A DNA stretch of 64,000 nt from an uncultured Candidatus Saccharibacteria bacterium (GTDB taxonomy: Bacteria; Patescibacteriota; Minisyncoccia; Phycocordibacterales; UBA9973). The DNA lies in NCBI GenBank assembly GCA_964398205.1, contig CAYNLU010000003.1, positions 215 to 64,214 on the forward strand, given 5' to 3'. The translations under genes were made by a program, and so were the position numbers. This document shows, piece by piece, positions 58,343 to 64,000 of this stretch (positions are counted from its first letter, which is position 1; every line of letters starts with the position of its first letter). The notes under the pieces were generated by a model. The model worked only from the letters and a program-made list of their open reading frames with translations. It made no database searches and was not told the origin of the DNA.

Positions 58343-60226
58343 ATGCATAATGGTATAAAATCTTGGAATAACTTAGTTAGTTTTGCTTATAATTTTTTTT
58401 CAATTCCGCTACTTGCGAAAACTTTATTTAATCCTTTTCAAAACGATAAAGCTGATAAAAGTTTCGATATTTTAGAGACTGTAGTCTTTGCTATTTTTTC
58501 TAGAATTTTAGGATTTCTTTTTAGAATTATTTTAATAATCCTCGGTTTAGTTTTAACTTTATTAGCTATCTTAACTTTTCCGATTTTCTTTTTCTTTCCG
58601 ATATCAATCTCACGAGAAACGCTTAGAGATTTTGGAAGTTTTGGTAGTGAGTTGTCTTATGGTAAAACTTTTTATCTTAATAAATATAGTCACGATTTAC
58701 TTAGTCTAGACGGTATAGCTATTTATGGTAAAGAAAAAGCACTTCGAGTTATTGAGCGTGGACTTTCGAAAGAAGAATCTCGAAATATTTTGCTTGTAGG
58801 TGAGACTGGAGTAGGGAAAAGTACTTTGATTTCTTATTTAGGCAGATTAGGAAAATCCGGACTTTCTTTCCCTGGAATCGCCCATCACAGAATAGTAAGT
58901 TTTGCTCCCGAAGATATCACTAGTGAAGAATTTGAAGGTGCGATGAATGAAGCTTCTAGTGCGGGTAACGTTATCTTAGCGATTGAAAATATTTATGAAT
59001 ATGCAAATATTTATGATAAGTTTATACCTTATTTAGATATGCCTCATTTAGGTATAGTGGCGACTACTGATTTCGCTGGACTTGATAGAGTATTAAAGAA
59101 TTACCCAGAATTTCTATCTAAATTTTTAAAAGTAGATATAGGAGAAACTAATGACGAAGAAACTCTCGCTATTTTGAAAAATCATATTTATTTAAAAAGT
59201 TTGAAAATCAATGAAGACGCTGTGCTTGAAATAATCAGATTAACTAATCGCTACGTAGGTAATGAGCCTCAACCGCTCAAATCGATTTTACTTTTAGATG
59301 AACTTAAAACTTTAGGTAAAGAAATAACTATTTCTGATGTGCAAGCTTTGATTTCTGATAAAACTAATATGTCTATTGGAGAATTAGGTTCTGACGAGAA
59401 ATCTTTACTCCTTGATTTAGAGAAAAATATGCTTTCAAAAATCATCGATCAAGAAGAAGGAGTGCGTGACGTCGCAAATGCTCTCAAACGTCTACGCGCA
59501 GGTATTGGGGATCCTGATAAGCCTGCAAGTTTTATGTTTTTAGGTACGACTGGAGTAGGTAAGACTTATACTGCGAAGATTTTAGCTGAAAGTTATTTTG
59601 GACGTAAGGACGCGATGATTAGATTCGATATGAGTGAATTTTCTTTGCCGGATTCTCTTGATAATTTTGCTGATAGATTAGCCGGAGTTATCGAAGAGAT
59701 GCCTTTATCTTTAGTATTCTTAGATGAGCTTGAAAAAGCTCATCGAGTGATTCACCAGCTATTGCTTCAAGTACTCGACGAAGGTAGACTTACTCGTAAA
59801 AACGGACGAGAAGCTAATTTTAAAAACTCAATAATTATTGCGACTACTAATGCCGGTAGTGCAAATTTGATAGAGAATCCAAATATTGGTAAAAAATCTT
59901 TGATTAATTTAATAATATCTCTAAATATTTTTGCTCCAGAGTTTTTGAATCGTTTTTCTGATATTATTTTATTTAAACCCCTCACCAAAGAAGGGATTAA
60001 AAAAGTTACCTTGTTATTACTAAACGAATTTAAAGAGAGACTTTATGAAGATAAAGGTTTCAACCTCTTAGTAGATGATATGCTTGTTAATAAAGTAGCA
60101 GAAGCTGGATTTGATCCTCTTTTTGGAGCTCGTCCTATAAAACGATCTATCGAAGAATTAGTAGAAAATAAAGTCGCAGATTATATATTAAAAGGTGGAG
60201 TAGAAAAAGATATTAAAATCTTTTAA
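58343..60226 (+). CDS. membrane-anchored Clp/Hsp100-like AAA+ ATPase (two nucleotide-binding domains, D1 Walker B degenerate)
   Basis: N-terminal ~100 aa with two TM helices instead of a Clp N domain. D1 Walker A LVGETGVGKST but Walker B ILAIEN. D2 Walker A FLGTTGVGKTYTAKILAE, Walker B LVFLDELEKAH, sensor-2 GARPIKRSIEE. Confidence 0.6.
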   Translation: MHNGIKSWNNLVSFAYNFFSIPLLAKTLFNPFQNDKADKSFDILETVVFAIFSRILGFLFRIILIILGLVLTLLAILTFPIFFFFPISISRETLRDFGSFGSELSYGKTFYLNKYSHDLLSLDGIAIYGKEKALRVIERGLSKEESRNILLVGETGVGKSTLISYLGRLGKSGLSFPGIAHHRIVSFAPEDITSEEFEGAMNEASSAGNVILAIENIYEYANIYDKFIPYLDMPHLGIVATTDFAGLDRVLKNYPEFLSKFLKVDIGETNDEETLAILKNHIYLKSLKINEDAVLEIIRLTNRYVGNEPQPLKSILLLDELKTLGKEITISDVQALISDKTNMSIGELGSDEKSLLLDLEKNMLSKIIDQEEGVRDVANALKRLRAGIGDPDKPASFMFLGTTGVGKTYTAKILAESYFGRKDAMIRFDMSEFSLPDSLDNFADRLAGVIEEMPLSLVFLDELEKAHRVIHQLLLQVLDEGRLTRKNGREANFKNSIIIATTNAGSANLIENPNIGKKSLINLIISLNIFAPEFLNRFSDIILFKPLTKEGIKKVTLLLLNEFKERLYEDKGFNLLVDDMLVNKVAEAGFDPLFGARPIKRSIEELVENKVADYILKGGVEKDIKIF

Positions 60227-61416
60227 ATACTTTCTAAGAAGTTTTCTACTTCTTGTTTTTCAGTGATCAGAGATTTAGGTATAGGTAAGTATACAGAAAA
60301 TACTGTTTTATTTTTGTCAGCTGAGGAGAAAGCTATAATTTTACCTTTATGATATTCGATAATTTTTCTAGAAATATAAAGACCTAAGCCTATACCGTTT
60401 GGTTTGGTAGATATAGCATTTTCTGCTCTAAAGAATTTTGCAAAGATTTTTTCTTCGTCTAATTTATTTATTCCAATACCATAATTCTCAACTTGGACTA
60501 AAATATATTCACCTTCGGTTTGGATAGATACTTCGATATCTGTATCTTTGGTGCCATAATCTATTGCATTTTCTATTAAGTTAGAAAAAACTGTATTAAT
60601 TCTTTCTGGGTCAGCAATAATTTTAATATTTTTAGATAATTTATTTATATAATTTATCTTTTTGTTTTTTATTTTAACTTCTACATTAAAATCTTGAATT
60701 GATTTTTCTAAAACATTACGAATATCTACTTGCTGTAGATTGTAAGGGAAATTATCTTCCTCGATTTGAGACACCTTCAAGAGGTCGTCGATATTACGAA
60801 TGGTTTCTGTATTACGCTCTATGCATTTATCTAAAATTTCTTTTTGATCTTTGTTTAAGGGACCCTTTACCTCAGAAGCGAGTGCGTCGAGTCCAAAGCG
60901 TACCCCAGTTACTGGAGTTCTTAGTTGATGAGAAGCTACGGTTATGAAGTTTGATTTCATTTTTGAAATCTCATCATTTCTATCTTTGACCTCTTTTAGT
61001 TTTTGTGTCATTTCGTTAAAAAGACTTATAAGATTACCAAATTCATCTCTTCGGTCTGCAACAAGTTCAATCTCTAGATTACCTTCAGCGACGCCTTTAA
61101 TACTTTGCTTCAATAATCTAATAGGGGATGCGATATGTTCAGCTACGTTAACCGCAAGAAAAACAGCCGGTACAATAACCAAAAGTACTACAAAGATAAA
61201 ATTATTTTTAAAACTTGTATATAAAATATTTAATTCTTCTGTTGTCAAATCTAGATGAGTACTTTGAAAAGTCCATAAAGCGATCAAGGAGATCGCAATA
61301 ATAGTAAAAATACTAAAAAATATAAAAGCCATAAAAAGCTTCATTAAAATACTTAACTTTGGTCTTTCGACAGAAGATATTATATTCTTTTTTGAGTTTG
61401 TGTTATCTTTTTCCAT
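60223..61416 (-). CDS. sensor histidine kinase (TM + HAMP + HisKA + HATPase_c)
   Basis: Two TM helices, HAMP (IASPIRLLKQSIKGVAEGNLE), H-box VASHQLRTPVTGV, and N/G1/G2 boxes (NLIENAIDYG, GIGLGL). No response regulator adjacent. Confidence 0.75.
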   Translation of the reverse strand: MEKDNTNSKKNIISSVERPKLSILMKLFMAFIFFSIFTIIAISLIALWTFQSTHLDLTTEELNILYTSFKNNFIFVVLLVIVPAVFLAVNVAEHIASPIRLLKQSIKGVAEGNLEIELVADRRDEFGNLISLFNEMTQKLKEVKDRNDEISKMKSNFITVASHQLRTPVTGVRFGLDALASEVKGPLNKDQKEILDKCIERNTETIRNIDDLLKVSQIEEDNFPYNLQQVDIRNVLEKSIQDFNVEVKIKNKKINYINKLSKNIKIIADPERINTVFSNLIENAIDYGTKDTDIEVSIQTEGEYILVQVENYGIGINKLDEEKIFAKFFRAENAISTKPNGIGLGLYISRKIIEYHKGKIIAFSSADKNKTVFSVYLPIPKSLITEKQEVENFLESI

Positions 61417-61521
61417 ATTTTTATTTGCTTGCCTTTTCTACATTATATATAATATATATGTTATATGCAAAAAGTCGAAGTCATATAATTGTTATTAATT
61501 TATTAATATTTATTAATCATT

Positions 61522-62259
61522 ATGGAATTTATAGGAAATACAGCTCTTATTGATGCTGTTATAGTAGTTCTATCTTGGGTTGTGCTTTTCTCTCGTAAAC
61601 CAAAAGGTGAAGAAGTTGGAGCAAAGAATAATTATCTTTCTCAGTACTTCGTAGCAACTTTTGCTTTCTTAGTATTAATTGCCTTTACTATTTTGCGTAC
61701 AGAAGGCGTAACTCAACAAGTTATGTTTTTGATATCTGATCTTGTGCTTTGGGTATCTTTATTTATTTTCATTTTACTTATGTACGCTGATACTAAGGGT
61801 ACAGGAAAGGGAATGATGATGTTAGCTTTCGGTATCTTTGCACTTGCTCGATCTTTATTCCAACTTGCAGGTATTGTAGGTATGGATTTATCAGGTTTAG
61901 GAGAAACTACACTTTACGTGCTTTCTCAACTTGATGCATGGCTTATGTATGCTGTTTGGGTTCCTAGTGCTTTAGTTTTGATTTATGTTGCTTTGACTTC
62001 AGAAAGTAATATTGTAAGATTTAGATCTTTGGTATTTGCTATTGGATTACTTCTAATATCATTTACATGGGCTTTCCGTTTACTTTCTGCTTCTACTGTA
62101 TCTGTGCAAACTGCATACTTGTTAGTAGGTGGTTTGTCAGTTGTAGGTTTCTTTTTGTTGTTAGTAGGTATCCTATATAAAGGACAAAATAAAATGCAAA
62201 CTGATGGAATGAGTATGAATACTCAAATGGGAAATACAAATCCTCCACAAATGCAATAA
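61522..62259 (+). CDS. hypothetical polytopic membrane protein
   Basis: About 7 hydrophobic helices. No conserved motif recognised. Confidence 0.4.
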   Translation: MEFIGNTALIDAVIVVLSWVVLFSRKPKGEEVGAKNNYLSQYFVATFAFLVLIAFTILRTEGVTQQVMFLISDLVLWVSLFIFILLMYADTKGTGKGMMMLAFGIFALARSLFQLAGIVGMDLSGLGETTLYVLSQLDAWLMYAVWVPSALVLIYVALTSESNIVRFRSLVFAIGLLLISFTWAFRLLSASTVSVQTAYLLVGGLSVVGFFLLLVGILYKGQNKMQTDGMSMNTQMGNTNPPQMQ

Positions 62260-62271
62260 AAAGTTCAATAT

Positions 62272-62300
62272 AAAAAACCTCTCATTGAGAGGTTTTTTAT
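62272..62300. terminator. bidirectional intrinsic terminator
   Basis: aaaaaacctctc-attg-agaggtttttt. Serves the + gene and the - strand tRNA-Ala. Confidence 0.55.
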
Positions 62301-62310
62301 TATGTTTATG

Positions 62311-62383
62311 TGGACCCTACAGGACTCGAACCTGCCACCTCCTCATTGCAAATGAGGCGCTCTAGCCAGATGAGCTAAGGGCC
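62311..62383 (-). tRNA. tRNA-Ala (anticodon TGC)
   Basis: Reverse complement GGGCCCTTAGCTCATCTGGCTAGAGCGCCTCATTTGCAATGAGGAGGTGGCAGGTTCGAGTCCTGTAGGGTCCA. G3:U70 alanine identity pair; anticodon loop TTTGCAA. No encoded CCA. Confidence 0.8.
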
Positions 62384-62468
62384 CAATAAAATCTATTTTA
62401 TACTATTATCTTAAAAATGCAACTGTTTTATTTTTAAAGTCTTATTTAATTTAGTATAATTAAAATAA

Positions 62469-64000
62469 TGACCCAAGAACAAGCTCTCAAAATAATGAAA
62501 ACTGGAGTTAACGTATACCTTACTGGTAGTGCTGGATCCGGTAAAACCTTTTTACTTAATCAATATATAGATTATCTCAAAGAGCATGATATAGAAGTTG
62601 CAATCACCGCTTCGACAGGTATCGCTGCGACGCATATGAACGGGATGACTATCCACGGTTGGTCAGGTATAGGAATTCGCGAAACTTTAACTGAGAGAGA
62701 TTTGGACGATCTCGAAAGTAAAAAATATCTTTGGAATAGATTTGAAAAAACTAAAGTTTTAATCATAGATGAGGTCTCGATGCTTCACGCTTCTCGACTC
62801 GATATGGTAGATAAAGTTTTGCGTAGGTTTAAAGGCAAAGAAGCTCCTTTCGGAGGATTGCAAGTTATACTCTCAGGGGATTTCTTTCAGCTTCCACCAA
62901 TAAATAAAAATAGGAATCTAGATAATGATATTAACTTCTCTTCCAAAGAGATGATTTTTAATTCGAATGCTTGGAAAAGTATGCGACTCGCTATTTGCTA
63001 TATTACCGAGCAATATAGACAAGAAGATGAAATCTTTACTGAAATATTAAATAAAATAAGGCAAGATGATTTAGAAGAAATGCATTTTGAAGAAATTCAA
63101 AAAAGGATGAATTTAGATATCGAAGAATCTCAAAATTGGACTAAGTTATACACTCATAATCTCGACGTAGATAATCTTAATAATTTAGAACTAAGTAAAA
63201 TAGAAGGCGAGACTAAAATTTACCCTATGGAAACTATTGGTAACGAAGTTTTAGTAGGAATTCTTAAAAAAAGTTGCCTTGCGCAAGAAACTTTATATCT
63301 TAAAAAGGGGGCAGAAGTTATGTTCATTAAAAACAATCTCGAAGGAGCTTATGTAAACGGTAGTAGAGGGAAAGTGGTAGATTTTTATAATGAAGATATT
63401 AATACGACTTTACCAATAGTCGAGCTTTATAACGGACGAAGGGTTTACGTTAAAAAAGAAGAATGGATTATAGAAGAGAACGGCAAGAAGAAAGCTTCTA
63501 TAATTCAGCTACCTATACGTCTCGCTTGGGCTATCACTATCCACAAGAGTCAGGGTATGAGTCTCGATTCGGCTATTATCGACCTCTCGAAATCTTTTAG
63601 TTACGGTATGGGCTACGTCGCATTATCGAGAGTAAGAACTCTCAAAGGTATTCATCTACTTGGTATTAATCCGAATGCACTTAAAGTTGATCCGGTGATT
63701 TTAGAGTTAGATAAAAAATTGCAAAAGGAAAGCGATAATAATATCGAGCTTTTCAGTAAGCTTGCAGATTTCGAACAGAGGAAATTAGAAGAAGATTTTA
63801 TAATCCGCACCGGAGGCAATCTTAAAAAAGTAAAAGTCAAAGATGAGAAAAATAAATTTAAAAAAGTTTCAAGTATTATGCTTACCAAAGAATTACTCGA
63901 TGAAGGTAAAAGTTTAGAAGAGATTATTGAAACTCGTAAGCTCGTATTTTCAACTATAACCTCGCATATAGAAGAATTAGTAGAGAAGGGAATCGAAGTC
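62469..64000 (+). CDS. Pif1/RecD-family SF1B helicase (3' end beyond window)
   Basis: Not in the ORF track because it runs off the window. Own translation from the ATG at 62469: MTQEQALKIMKTGVNVYLTGSAGSGKTFLL (Walker A), ITASTGIAA, IIDEVSML, GDFFQLPP, and the Pif1-type motif IHKSQGMSLD..VALSRVRTLKG. Confidence 0.65.

Noticed and set aside
59767-61553. Small ORFs antisense to the Clp-like ATPase and histidine kinase genes (73, 82, 104, 64 aa)
   Set aside because: Overlap longer ORFs with clear domain architecture; no independent signals.

Overview
Gene-dense, AT-rich bacterial chromosome segment, standard genetic code (rpoB, rpoC and other long ORFs intact). Most genes show no Shine-Dalgarno sequence; strong promoters have the form TTGACT-17-TGnTATAcT. 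Gene content suggests a small-genome, possibly CPR/Patescibacteria-like organism. Evidence: a 5' cluster of four prepilin-like genes, a NusB-NUDIX fusion, aminoacyl-tRNA synthetases lacking accessory domains, a short SMC, and many fused or atypical housekeeping proteins. Housekeeping backbone: ligA, truB, UvrD-type helicase-nuclease, trhO, pheS, gyrB, thrS, rpmF, nusB, rnc, smc, rnr, rpsP, KH-domain protein, trmD, rpoB-rpoC-dnaG-rpoD, tsf, rpsB, proS, mreB, mreC, tgt. Three tRNAs: Ser-GGA, Thr-TGT, Ala-TGC. Accessory and unusual content: (i) a highly repetitive secreted protein at 26211-28085; (ii) a cell-surface island at 51737-57540 holding two Fn3-like repeat proteins that share a novel LPxT-like C-terminal sorting motif, followed by a Bacteroidetes-type SprB-repeat/PKD protein with a degenerate T9SS C-terminal domain; (iii) an RNA-rich non-coding block at 57660-58340 with an RNase P-like RNA, a promoter-and-terminator-bounded small RNA candidate and a 25-bp-stem hairpin with a GC-rich loop; (iv) a disulfide-related gene cluster around a processive GT2 synthase; (v) a membrane-anchored Clp-like AAA+ ATPase; (vi) a family of related palindromic terminators. 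The last CDS (Pif1-like helicase, 62469 onward) runs off the window and is not in the ORF track.
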